DNA from: Treponemataceae bacterium
GTDB lineage: Bacteria > Spirochaetota > Spirochaetia > Treponematales > Rectinemataceae
Length of the DNA stretch: 64,000 bases
Assembly (NCBI GenBank): GCA_963677895.2
Contig: CAXXGJ010000002.1
Location: 288,001-352,000, forward strand
Direction of reading: 5' to 3'
Made by a program: the position numbers and the translations under genes
Notes under the pieces: model-generated
Told to the model about the DNA's origin: nothing
Seen by the model: only the letters and a program-made list of their open reading frames with translations
Database searches by the model: none
In this document: positions 55,161 to 64,000 of the stretch, piece by piece
Layout of the letters: every line of letters starts with the position of its first letter
How positions within the stretch are numbered: position 1 is the first letter of the stretch

Positions 55161-56370
55161 AGCGGGCCGGGAGGGATGCCCGATACTGTTCCACTTCCCA
55201 ATTTCGTATGAATGCCACCGACTCGGGGCTCATGGGGCGGGGGCCGCCGAAAGCCAGGCTGTAGACCGCCACCTTGCAGGAATCCACGAAGAGTTCGAGT
55301 GCGCGCGACGCGGCCGGGACGGCTGCTTCGCGCGAGCCTTGGCCTATCGCGAACGCTCCGATGTTCTTGGCGAGGACGATGCGCGGAGCCTTGCCGTTCC
55401 GTTTCAGATAGTCGGCCCAGGCGTCGATGAGGCCTTCGACCTCGTCGACGCGCAGGTATTCGTGGCCTGCGTAGACGATATGGTCGGGGCTGAAGGGCCT
55501 TGAGAGCGGCGCGAAGGCCGCGGCCGAGGCGGCGAATCCAAAGATCATCCTGTCGGCTCGATGCAGTATGGCGGCGTCGGCGCCCGCAAGTGCGCGCAGC
55601 GCGGCCTGGAATCCGGCGATGGCGCCCGCGTCGGCGGCCACGGCTCTTTCGTCGGGCTCTGCGATTGCGGCGCCGGCGCCGGCTTTGGTTCCAGGGCTAG
55701 CGATTTCGGCCTTGAGTTTCGCGATGATCGAATTCGATATGGCAACCACCTCTTCCGGGCTTCCGCCCGCGACCAGAAGGCCGTGGTTCTGCATGAACAT
55801 GAAGGCCGGCGCCCTGCCTTTCAGCTTCCTGAATTCGGCGAAAATGCCGCTCACGGTTTTCGCGAGGATATAGCCGGGATCGACCAGGGGCACCCAGATG
55901 CCCTCGTCGCCGAAGAGGCGGCGAAAGGCGGCCTCGCCGCCCTGGCCGCAGGTGAGGCCGTTGACGATGGCCGGATGCGTATGCACGACGAAGGCCTGCG
56001 GAAAAAATCCGTGGAGGAGGGTTTCCACAGAGGGGCGTTTCGTCTCGCCGGGAACCCTGGCGGCCATCAGGTCGGCGAGGGCTTCCTTTTCGCGGGCGGC
56101 GCTGTCGGCCGGGTAGGTCTTTTCCCATATGGCGTCGAGGCGGGCGCGGTCCATTTCGCAGAAGCCTGATTCGTCGATGGAACCGAGGGCGAAACCCGAG
56201 GCCTTCACGTAGAGCCTGTCGGCCGTCTTCCAGGAAGTGTTGCCGCCGCCGGCGAGGACCCATGCCGGGTCGCCGCCGAAACGGCGTGAGATGAGGACGA
56301 GGCGAGCGAGCGCCGCCGCTCGCTCGGCGTCCTTGTTTTCATTTGGGGAATTGTTGTGGGTGTCGGCCAT
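55159..56370 (-). CDS. Class II aldolase, probable rhamnulose-1-phosphate aldolase (no SDR domain)
   Basis: GGGNTS.K, VKASG..L, RPSVET.LH, V.HTH, QNHGL, PDHIVY, W..E.YR; directly downstream of rhaA. Confidence 0.75.
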   Translation of the reverse strand: MADTHNNSPNENKDAERAAALARLVLISRRFGGDPAWVLAGGGNTSWKTADRLYVKASGFALGSIDESGFCEMDRARLDAIWEKTYPADSAAREKEALADLMAARVPGETKRPSVETLLHGFFPQAFVVHTHPAIVNGLTCGQGGEAAFRRLFGDEGIWVPLVDPGYILAKTVSGIFAEFRKLKGRAPAFMFMQNHGLLVAGGSPEEVVAISNSIIAKLKAEIASPGTKAGAGAAIAEPDERAVAADAGAIAGFQAALRALAGADAAILHRADRMIFGFAASAAAFAPLSRPFSPDHIVYAGHEYLRVDEVEGLIDAWADYLKRNGKAPRIVLAKNIGAFAIGQGSREAAVPAASRALELFVDSCKVAVYSLAFGGPRPMSPESVAFIRNWEVEQYRASLPAR

Positions 56371-56375
56371 GACGC

Positions 56376-57644
56376 TCAGCTCCTCGACGCGAGAACAGTT
56401 TTCGAATATGAAGCCACTTCGCCGATGAATTCGCGGTCGGCGGGCTTGTCCGCGCGCCGGCAGAATTCGTCCCAGACGGCTCCCCAGGGCAGGCCGCGTT
56501 CCTCCTCGAAGAGGGCGAGGCGCGCGAATCCGTCGCCGCGGGCCTCGGCGGCGGCCAGAACTTCGCGCGGTTCGAGGAAAGCCTTGAGGAAGGCTTTGCG
56601 AGCCGCCCGCGCCCCTATAGCCCAGGCGCCGATGCGGTTGATGGACGCGTCGAAGTAATCGAGACCGAGCCTGATCTTGTCGAGGCGGCCTGAGCGGACC
56701 ACTTCCTCGGCCACTTCGGCCAGTTCGTCCCCGTTGACGAGGACGTGGTCCGAGTCCCAGCGCACGGGACGGGAAAGGTGGATGAGGAGGCCGGGAACGA
56801 AGGGCAGGACGGCCGAGACCTTGTCCGCGACGCTTTCCGTCGGATGGAAATGCCCCATGTCCATGGTGAGGAATATTCGGCGCGTGGCGGCGTAGCCGAG
56901 GTAGAAGTCGTGGGAGCCCGGGGTGAAATATTCGGCCCCGATGCCGAAAAGCTTGCCTTCGACGGCATCCTCCACGAGGTTGGCGGAGAGCTTTTCCTCA
57001 TAGACGCGGTCGAGCGACTCGACGAGCCTTGCCCTATAGTCCCCGCGCGAGGCCGTCTTGTCCTTCGAGCCGTCGGGAATCCAGGTGTTGTTGACGCAAG
57101 GGGAACCCTGGGCGGCTCCCATGGCCGCGGCGACGCGCCGGGAGCGCTTCGCGTGCTCGACCCAGAAATCGCGCACGGAGGTCTCGGGGCTGCAAAGGGT
57201 CCATCCCGAAGCCGCCAGTGGATGGGAAAAGAGGGTGGGATTGAAGTCGAGGGGGAGCTTCCGGGCCTTGGCCCAGTCCATCCAGCCCGCGAAATGGGCC
57301 GGTTCGAGGGCGTCGCGGTCGACGGCCTTGCCGCCGAATTCCCCGTAGATCGCGTGGAGCGAGAGCCGCAGGGCGCCGGGCACCAGGGCGCGCACCTCGT
57401 CGATGTCGGCCCGCAGTTCGCCTATGGTCCGCGCCTTGCCCGGAAAGTTGCCCGTCACCTGTATGCCGCCGCCGTCGAGGGAGGCGCCGGCGCGCTCGAA
57501 GCCGCCCACGTCGTCGCCCTGCCAGCAGTGGAGGGAGAGGGGCAGGGAGGCGGCGGCGGCCAGAGCCGCTTCGATGTCGACACCCAGTTCCCCGTATCGC
57601 TCGACGGCGTTTTCAAAGGCCGCTTTGTCATTTTTCCTGTTCAT
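56376..57644 (-). CDS. rhaA: L-rhamnose isomerase
   Basis: SLHCWQGDDV.GFE, GGIQVTGN.PGKAR, DFNPTLFSH, WIPDG.KD, GHFHPTE, SRPVRWDSDHV, DYFDASINR. Confidence 0.96.
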   Translation of the reverse strand: MNRKNDKAAFENAVERYGELGVDIEAALAAAASLPLSLHCWQGDDVGGFERAGASLDGGGIQVTGNFPGKARTIGELRADIDEVRALVPGALRLSLHAIYGEFGGKAVDRDALEPAHFAGWMDWAKARKLPLDFNPTLFSHPLAASGWTLCSPETSVRDFWVEHAKRSRRVAAAMGAAQGSPCVNNTWIPDGSKDKTASRGDYRARLVESLDRVYEEKLSANLVEDAVEGKLFGIGAEYFTPGSHDFYLGYAATRRIFLTMDMGHFHPTESVADKVSAVLPFVPGLLIHLSRPVRWDSDHVLVNGDELAEVAEEVVRSGRLDKIRLGLDYFDASINRIGAWAIGARAARKAFLKAFLEPREVLAAAEARGDGFARLALFEEERGLPWGAVWDEFCRRADKPADREFIGEVASYSKTVLASRS

Positions 57645-58699
57645 CGTTTTACTCCGCTTCGCGCCCCGGATTTCGCCCGTCCCGCCCTCAGCCTGGCCCT
57701 TAGTCCGTCGGTGAACTTGGGCAGGAGGATGGCGACGACCAGGAGGACGCCCGTGATTATATTCATCACTTTTCCGGGCACATTCAAGACGCCCATGCCG
57801 AATTTCATGTAACCGAGGAGGAAATTCGAGATTATGACGCCGGCTATGTTGCCCTTGCCGCCCGTAATGGCAATGCCGCCGAGGACGACGATGGTGATGA
57901 CGTCCGTGTCCCAGCCCGAGGCTATGTTGGGCCGCGTCGAGCCGATGCGCGAGGTGAGCATGACGGCGGCGATGCCGGCGGCGAGCCCGCTCGCGGCGAA
58001 GGCTATCATCCGGACCTTGTCGACGGGGACGCCCGAGAAGCGCGCCGCCGTCTTGTTGTTCCCGACAGCGTAGACGTGGCGGCCGTACACCGTCTTGTTG
58101 AGGACGACGCCGCAGAAGACGGCCGCCACGAGGAAGACGAGGAGTTCGAAGGGCACGAGGCTTTTGCCCAGGTAACCCTGGCCGAAATAGGCGAAGCTCG
58201 CGGGGTACTTCGTGTACGCCTGGTCGCCCAGCACAGCGTTCGCTATCCCCCTGAAGAGGGAGGAAGAGCCGAGGGTCACGGCGATGGAGGGAATGGCGAG
58301 CTTCGTGATGAGAAGGCCGTTGAAGAGGCCGGCGATAAGGCCGACGCCCAGGCCTATGGCCACGATGGTGAGTGTGTCGGCGCCGCCCGCGCTCGCCATG
58401 CCCATGAAGAGGCTCGAAAGGGAAATGATGGACGATACGGATATGTCTATGTCGCCGAGGAGGATGACGAACATCATCGGCAGCGACATCACGGCCTTTT
58501 CCATGAAGTTGAAGGTCGTGTCGAAGAGATTCACCGGATCGAGGAAATAAGGAGAGAGAAGGGAGTTGCCCGCGAATACGAAAATGAAAATGAGGAAGAG
58601 CATCGATTCCCAGCGGAGAAGGAAATCGGCCAACTTTCTGGGGCCGCTCAACTTTGTGAGCCTCGTCGTCTCGACGAATCCCGTGCCTGAGTCGCTCAT
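57641..58699 (-). CDS. rhaQ: Rhamnose ABC transporter permease
   Basis: LRWE..L, GDIDISV, A.GNN..AARFSG, SRIGSTRPNIA.GW, VVLGG. Confidence 0.82.
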   Translation of the reverse strand: MSDSGTGFVETTRLTKLSGPRKLADFLLRWESMLFLIFIFVFAGNSLLSPYFLDPVNLFDTTFNFMEKAVMSLPMMFVILLGDIDISVSSIISLSSLFMGMASAGGADTLTIVAIGLGVGLIAGLFNGLLITKLAIPSIAVTLGSSSLFRGIANAVLGDQAYTKYPASFAYFGQGYLGKSLVPFELLVFLVAAVFCGVVLNKTVYGRHVYAVGNNKTAARFSGVPVDKVRMIAFAASGLAAGIAAVMLTSRIGSTRPNIASGWDTDVITIVVLGGIAITGGKGNIAGVIISNFLLGYMKFGMGVLNVPGKVMNIITGVLLVVAILLPKFTDGLRARLRAGRAKSGARSGVKR

Positions 58700-59669
58700 C
58701 GTGCCCTCCCCGCCGCGAAGGCCTTCTTGTTGCGCCGGTCGATGATCGTGTTGGCGACCACCGCCGTCAGGATGATGAAGCCCTGGATGGCCATCTGGAG
58801 GAAGGGAGAGAGCCGCAGGACCGGGAGGGCGTTGTTGACGACGCCGAGGAAGAGGGAGCCCAGGACGACGCCGAGAATGGTTCCGGAGCCGCCCGCGATG
58901 TTGACGCCACCCAGGACGGCGGCAGCCACCGTCTGCATCTCGAATCCGGAAGCCGTCTCGTTCTGGGCTATGCCGTAGCGTGAGACGTAGAGTAGGCCGG
59001 CGAGGCCGGCGAGGGCTCCCGAAATGACGAAGACGATGATCTCGACCTTTTTCTGGCTCACCCCGGCGAATCGGGCCGCCGTCGGGTTGCCGCCTATGGC
59101 GTAGATGTCCCTGCCCGACCGCGTGTAGCGCATGAAGAGGTGCGCCAGCAGGGCGACGGCGAGAGCCGCCCAGAACATGTGGGGCAGGCCGAGGCTCAAT
59201 CCTTCGGGGATTTTACGGAAGCCTTCGTCATCTCGTTGGCCGTCACCCACTGCCCCTTGGAGAGGAGGAATACGAGGCCTCTATAGGCGCTCATCATGCC
59301 GAGACTGGCGATGAGGGGGGGCAGTTTTCCGAAGGCGACGAGGATGCCGCCGAGGCCTCCGAGCGCCGCGCCCGCCGCGATGCTGAAGGGCATGAAGAAG
59401 GCCGTGGGCAGTACCGGCTGGAACTGGTTGAGCATGGCCGCCGCCATGCCCGCCAGGGCCATCGTCGAGCCCACCGAGATGTCGATGCCGCCGATGAGGA
59501 TGACGCCGAACTGCCCGATGGCCACGATGATGAGGATGCAGGAGTCGACGACGATGTTGAGGAGGCTCTTGGGCGCCACGAATCCGGGGGCCCGCAGGGA
59601 TACCGCCAGCGTGAGGATGACGATGAGGAGACAGAGCGTCGTCTCCTTGCGCTTCAACAGTTTTTTCAT
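58696..59669 (-). pseudogene. rhaP: Rhamnose ABC permease with a 1-nt deletion frameshift (pseudogene or sequencing error)
   Basis: N-half (MKKLLKRKET..GGIDISVGS..WVTANEMT) and C-half (GFRKIP..YAIGGNP.AA..G.E..VAA.VLGG) are in different frames; span is 974 nt (3n+2); break at ~59224-59226. Confidence 0.85.
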
Positions 59670-61183
59670 GCCGCTTCCCCCGTCGCGCCCTTGGCGGCGC
59701 CAGTCGCGGCCTTGAGGATTTTCTCCTCCGAGGCCTCCGCACGGTCCATCACGGCGACAAGCTCGCCTTCGTGCATCACCGCAACGCGATCGGACATGCC
59801 CAGGATCTCGGGCAGTTCGGAGGAGATCATGATGATGGCCATGCCCTCGGCCGCCATGCTCGACATGAATTCGTGGACCGCAGCCTTCGTCCCCACGTCG
59901 ATGCCCTTGGTGGGCTCGTCGAGGATGAGGATGCGCGGCTGGGTGGCCAGCCACTTGGCCAGGACCACTTTCTGCTGGTTGCCGCCCGAAAGCGTTAGCG
60001 CCTCGACATCCCAGCCCGCCGCCCTGATCTCCATCTTGGCGCCGTATTCGCGGGCGAGGGCGGCTTCCCGCTTCATCGCGACGAAACCGGCCTTGGAGAG
60101 GCTCGCCGTCTGTGGCAGGCAGATATTGTTCGCTATGGAGAGAGGCAGGACGAGGCCCTGGCCCTGCCTGTCCTCGGGCACGTAGGCGAGTCCATGGGCG
60201 AGCGCGGCGCAGGGATCGGCGAAACGGACTTTCTTGCCTTCGAGGAAGATTTCGCCCGAATCGAGGGGGTCGAGGCCGAGGAGGGACTTCATGATCTCGC
60301 TCCTCCCCGCGCCCACGAGGCCGAAAAAGCCGAGGATTTCGCCTTTCCTGAGCGAAAAACTCACATCTTTGAAGGATCGCCCGGAACTGAATCCCTCTAT
60401 CCTGAGGATTTCCTCGCCTATCTCGGCCTCGCGCTTGGGGAACATCTGGCTCAGTTCGCGGCCGGCCATGAGGCGGACGAGGGAATCGATCGTGGCGTCT
60501 TTCATGAGGCCGGCGCCGATCAGCTTGCCGTCGCGGAGCACGGTGTAGGAGTCCGCGATGGCGAAAAGTTCGTCGAACTTGTGGGAGATGAAGAGAATGG
60601 CCGTCCCGCTGTCGCGGAGCTGGCGGACGATCTTGAAAAGATCCTCCGTCTCGCGTATCGAAAGCGCGCTCGTCGGCTCGTCCATGATGAGAAGACGGGC
60701 GTTCATCGAAAGGGCGCGCGCTATGCCCACCATGTGGCGCTGCGCGACCGAGAGTTCCGAAACCATGGCGTCTGGATCTACGTCCAGCTCGATGCGCGCG
60801 CATAACTCCCTGGTTTTGGCCCGCATGCCGGGCCAATCGAGGAGGCCGATGCCGCGCTTCCTCAGCATGTGGCCCGAGAAGACATTCTCGGCGACCGACA
60901 GATCGGGGAACATGATGGGTTCCTGATGGATGGCGACGATGCCCGTCAGCTGGGCTTCGACCGTGGAGGAGAATTTCCGCTCGGTTCCCTCGAAGTCGAT
61001 GCGCCCGGCCGTCGGCCTGTAGAGACCGGTGAGGACTTTCACGAGGGTAGACTTCCCCGCTCCGTTCTCGCCGATCAGGGCGTGCACTTCACCCGGCCGG
61101 ACCGAGAGGTCCACATCGTCGAGGGCTTTGATGCCGGGGAAATACATCGAGATGCCCCGCATCTCGAGAATGTTCGAGTCCAC
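59666..61183 (-). CDS. rhaT: Rhamnose ABC transporter ATP-binding protein
   Basis: GENGAGKST, LSVAQRH, DEPT, VPEDR, LSGGNQQKV, DEPTKGID; GTG start after AAGGAGG. Confidence 0.88.
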   Translation of the reverse strand: MDSNILEMRGISMYFPGIKALDDVDLSVRPGEVHALIGENGAGKSTLVKVLTGLYRPTAGRIDFEGTERKFSSTVEAQLTGIVAIHQEPIMFPDLSVAENVFSGHMLRKRGIGLLDWPGMRAKTRELCARIELDVDPDAMVSELSVAQRHMVGIARALSMNARLLIMDEPTSALSIRETEDLFKIVRQLRDSGTAILFISHKFDELFAIADSYTVLRDGKLIGAGLMKDATIDSLVRLMAGRELSQMFPKREAEIGEEILRIEGFSSGRSFKDVSFSLRKGEILGFFGLVGAGRSEIMKSLLGLDPLDSGEIFLEGKKVRFADPCAALAHGLAYVPEDRQGQGLVLPLSIANNICLPQTASLSKAGFVAMKREAALAREYGAKMEIRAAGWDVEALTLSGGNQQKVVLAKWLATQPRILILDEPTKGIDVGTKAAVHEFMSSMAAEGMAIIMISSELPEILGMSDRVAVMHEGELVAVMDRAEASEEKILKAATGAAKGATGEAA

Positions 61184-61300
61184 TGGAGATCCTCCTTGAA
61201 AAGTTGAACCGCTGAAATGAAGAGTGCCTCGTCGCGCGGCGCGTCGGGAGGCCCGGCGCGCCGCGGCAAAGGCAGTAAAAAATCGAAGTTGTTGCGAAAC

Positions 61301-62302
61301 TCAGAACATCTTGGCGAACTTGGCGACGTTTTCCTTCGTGAAGACGAAGGGAACGCCCATGACCGCGTTGCCGTCCTTGCCGATCGCGATGTTGCCCATG
61401 CGTCCGGCTTTTACCACGTCGCCGTCATTGCCTTTCACCTGTCCTTTCACGAGGGCGTAGGCGATGTAGGTGGCGGAGTAGCCGAGGTCGATGGGATTCC
61501 ACAGGGCGAATTTCCTGGAGATGTCCTTTTCGGTGTAGTACTTCATCTCGGAGGGGAGTCCGAGGCCGGTGAGTTCGACCTTGCCCTTCAGTCCCTTGTC
61601 CTCGATGGCTTTTCCCGCGGCGGCGACGCCGACCGTGGTCGGGGAGATGATGCCGCGGAGGTTGGGATAGGATTCGAAGAGGCCCAGGGCTTCGCGATAG
61701 GACTTGTCGGAGAGGTCGTCGCCGTAGACGGTCGCGACCAGTTTCATCTGGCTGTATTCGGGTTTCTTCAGCTCTTCCTTCATCCAGCCGATCCAGGCGT
61801 TCTGGTTCGTGGCCTGGCTGGTGGCGGAGAGGATGGCGATCTCGCCTTTCTTGCCGATGAGTTCGGCGATCAGCTGCACCTGCTGGCGGCCGATGAGGTC
61901 TTCCTTGGAGGGAACGAGATCGACGAGGCGGCCGTCCTTGGCCACGCCGGAGTCGAAGGAGATGACTTTGATGCCGGCTTTCATCGCTTTCTTGGCGATG
62001 GGAACGAGGGCGTCGCGGTCGTTGGCGGAGATCGCGATGGCGTCCACGCGCTGGGCGATCAGGGAATCGATGATTTCGATCTGTCCCTCGGCGGTCGGCG
62101 TCGCGGGACCCTGGTAGATGAGCTCGACGTTGCCGAGTTCCTTGGCCGCTTCCTGGCCGCCGTCGCGGCAGGCTTCGAAGAAACCGTTGCCGAGGCCTTT
62201 GACGACCATGGCGATGCGGATTTTCTGCTGGGCGAACGCGGCGCCCGAGGCGAACAGGGCGAAGACGAGCAGCAACGCTACAAAACGAAACGCTTTTTTC
62301 AT
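61301..62302 (-). CDS. rhaS: Rhamnose ABC transporter substrate-binding protein
   Basis: VKGLGNGFFEA, TAEGQIE, SAT..ATNQN.WI, YGDDLSDKSYREA, GLGLPSEM, WNPIDLGY. Confidence 0.9.
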   Translation of the reverse strand: MKKAFRFVALLLVFALFASGAAFAQQKIRIAMVVKGLGNGFFEACRDGGQEAAKELGNVELIYQGPATPTAEGQIEIIDSLIAQRVDAIAISANDRDALVPIAKKAMKAGIKVISFDSGVAKDGRLVDLVPSKEDLIGRQQVQLIAELIGKKGEIAILSATSQATNQNAWIGWMKEELKKPEYSQMKLVATVYGDDLSDKSYREALGLFESYPNLRGIISPTTVGVAAAGKAIEDKGLKGKVELTGLGLPSEMKYYTEKDISRKFALWNPIDLGYSATYIAYALVKGQVKGNDGDVVKAGRMGNIAIGKDGNAVMGVPFVFTKENVAKFAKMF

Positions 62303-62410
62303 GAAAAGCCTCCTGGGAGATTTTGAGTACTATCACATGATGAGGGCGTTTCCAGAAACGCGAAATAGCATGGGTCTACGATTCGGGTGTGCTGGTTCTA
62401 CGATCCCGGA

Positions 62411-63112
62411 CTATTGCCTGCCCTCAGGCTTGCTCTCCGAGGGGTAGGCGCCCAGGAGTTCGCGGTAGCGCCTCGAAAAATGGCGGACATCCGAATAGCC
62501 CACGGCGCGGGCGGCCTCGGCCACGGAGAGTCCGCCTTCCAGGAGGAGCCGCCTGGCCTCGTTCACCCGGAATCGTGTGAGGTAAGACATGAAGGTTTCG
62601 CCCATTTTCTTGTGGAAGAAGGCCGAAAGATAGTTGGGCGTGAATCCCGTCATCTCCGCGAGATCGGCGATGCTCACGTCGGCGTTGAAATTGCGCGCCA
62701 CATGTTCCAGGACGCGCGCGATCACCGGATCCTGTTCCGGACTGGAAGGCAGCATCCTGAAACGTTCGAGACAGGCGTGAAAATCGCCGGGATCGACGGG
62801 CTTGACGAGGTATTCGGTGACCCCCAGTCTCAGCGCCGCGCGCGCGTATTCGAACTCGCTGTAGCTTGAAACGATTGCCCAGGAAGTTCCGGTCGCCGCG
62901 GGAACGCAGCGGCGCAGCGCCTCCAGCCCGTCCATTCCCGGCATGCGGATATCGACGAAGCAGAGCCGCGGCTTTTCCGCCATGACCATGTCGACGAGTT
63001 CCAAGCCGTCGCCCGCTTCCCCGATGTCCTCGGGCGAAAAACCCTCGTCCAGCAGAAAAGATTTCAGCAGGAACCTGGCCGGAGCCTCGTCGTCGGCAAC
63101 GATTACCTTCAT
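62411..63112 (-). CDS. Response regulator (REC + AraC HTH, YesN-like)
   Basis: ADDE, DIRMPGMDGL, YLVKP, YLS..F.K..G..F..YL...R, VGYSD..HFSR. Confidence 0.9.
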   Translation of the reverse strand: MKVIVADDEAPARFLLKSFLLDEGFSPEDIGEAGDGLELVDMVMAEKPRLCFVDIRMPGMDGLEALRRCVPAATGTSWAIVSSYSEFEYARAALRLGVTEYLVKPVDPGDFHACLERFRMLPSSPEQDPVIARVLEHVARNFNADVSIADLAEMTGFTPNYLSAFFHKKMGETFMSYLTRFRVNEARRLLLEGGLSVAEAARAVGYSDVRHFSRRYRELLGAYPSESKPEGRQ

Positions 63113-63999
63113 TTTCTTTCGCGTTCCTCCAGAGGCATCGAGACGATGGCGGTGAAACCTTGACCTTCGGCGCCCGCGAGATCCAGCCTCGCGTCCTTGT
63201 ACAGCAGTTCCAGCCGTTTCCTCACGTTGCCCAGCCCCACTCTTTCATGGAGGAGGCTCCCGTTCCCGACAGCCTCGAGCGATGCCGGATCGCATCCTAC
63301 GCCGTCATCCTGCACCTTCATGACGAGCGTGTCTTTTTCGATCCGAGCCCCGATAAAGAGCCTGCCCGGACCCATCTTGGGCTCCAGCCCATGGATGAAG
63401 GCGTTCTCGACGAGGGGTTGCACGATGAGCTTGGGAATATGGATGTCGTCGGTGCTTTCGTCGCTTTCGAACACGAAATCGAAGCGGTTTCCGTGTCTGA
63501 GTTTCTGCAGCTCGCAGTACTTTTCAAGGAAAGCGAATTCTTCGAAGACGGTGGTCCATTGGTCGTGGCCCAGCGCGTATCTCAACATATCCTTGAGCGC
63601 GATGATGGCAGTCTCCAGCTTTTCGGACTCGCCCATGCGGTTCAGGGCCATCAGCGAGGTGAGCACGTTGTATATGAAATGCGGCTGGATCTGGGCCTGC
63701 AGCGCCTCCAGTCCCGCGTCGTGCCGGGCGGCGAGGGCGGCGTGGACTTCCACGCTGTCCAGAACCTGGGCGGCGTAGTCGGCTATGGCGGTGAGCCGCG
63801 AGAATTCGAGGTCGGTAAAGCCTCGGTCGTCGCGCGCGAAGAGGAAATAGCCCGCGTTTTTTCTGCGCACCGTCATCGGCACCACGAGAAGGGAGGCAAT
63901 GGAGGTCGCGAATCCCAAGGTTCCGAGGCTGAAATTCTCGGCTGACAGTTCCTTGACGAAGAAGGTGGCGTTGGGCGTCGGCAGGATTCTATGGAACTC
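63109..63999 (-). CDS. Sensor histidine kinase (YesM/LytS-like), 5'-truncated by the window edge
   Basis: ALQAQIQPHFIYNVL, MLRYAL, QPLVENAFIHG, DDGVG, GLGNV..RL; frame is open to the window end. Confidence 0.9.
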   Translation of the reverse strand, partial: EFHRILPTPNATFFVKELSAENFSLGTLGFATSIASLLVVPMTVRRKNAGYFLFARDDRGFTDLEFSRLTAIADYAAQVLDSVEVHAALAARHDAGLEALQAQIQPHFIYNVLTSLMALNRMGESEKLETAIIALKDMLRYALGHDQWTTVFEEFAFLEKYCELQKLRHGNRFDFVFESDESTDDIHIPKLIVQPLVENAFIHGLEPKMGPGRLFIGARIEKDTLVMKVQDDGVGCDPASLEAVGNGSLLHERVGLGNVRKRLELLYKDARLDLAGAEGQGFTAIVSMPLEERERK

Positions 64000-64000
64000 A

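Noticed and set aside
59196..59260. Programmed ribosomal frameshift or phase variation in rhaP
   Set aside because: No slippery heptamer or simple-sequence tract at the break

Overview
GC-rich (roughly 60% by eye) bacterial chromosomal segment. The lineage is probably Spirochaetota, inferred from the Treponema-like Hsp20 and the solute-binding proteins with SPase-I signals ending FAQ. Most of the window is catabolic and transport loci: hexarate (gudD-garR-LarA-like-garD), amino sugar (ABC + N-acylglucosamine 2-epimerase + RpiR + kinase), chaperones (cbpA-cbpM, hsp20 with a thermometer-like leader), a 5'-nucleotidase, a pectic-oligosaccharide ABC transporter with GH43 and GH65-like hydrolases, purine deaminases with a peptide-type ABC transporter, several peptidases/serine hydrolases, a BMP nucleoside ABC transporter, and an L-rhamnose locus with a frameshifted permease and a two-component system. 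The most notable feature is a low-GC island at ~33.6-40.4 kb. It is an integrase-less integron cassette array (CALIN) with two clear attC sites and a degenerate upstream junction. The cassettes are an OLD-like ATPase/TOPRIM nuclease and a DUF262-Schlafen(AlbA_2) fusion, both candidate anti-phage genes. They are followed by a hipB-hipA-DUF45/M48 operon with three operator-like palindromes. No rRNA, tRNA, CRISPR array, transposase or integrase was recognised.
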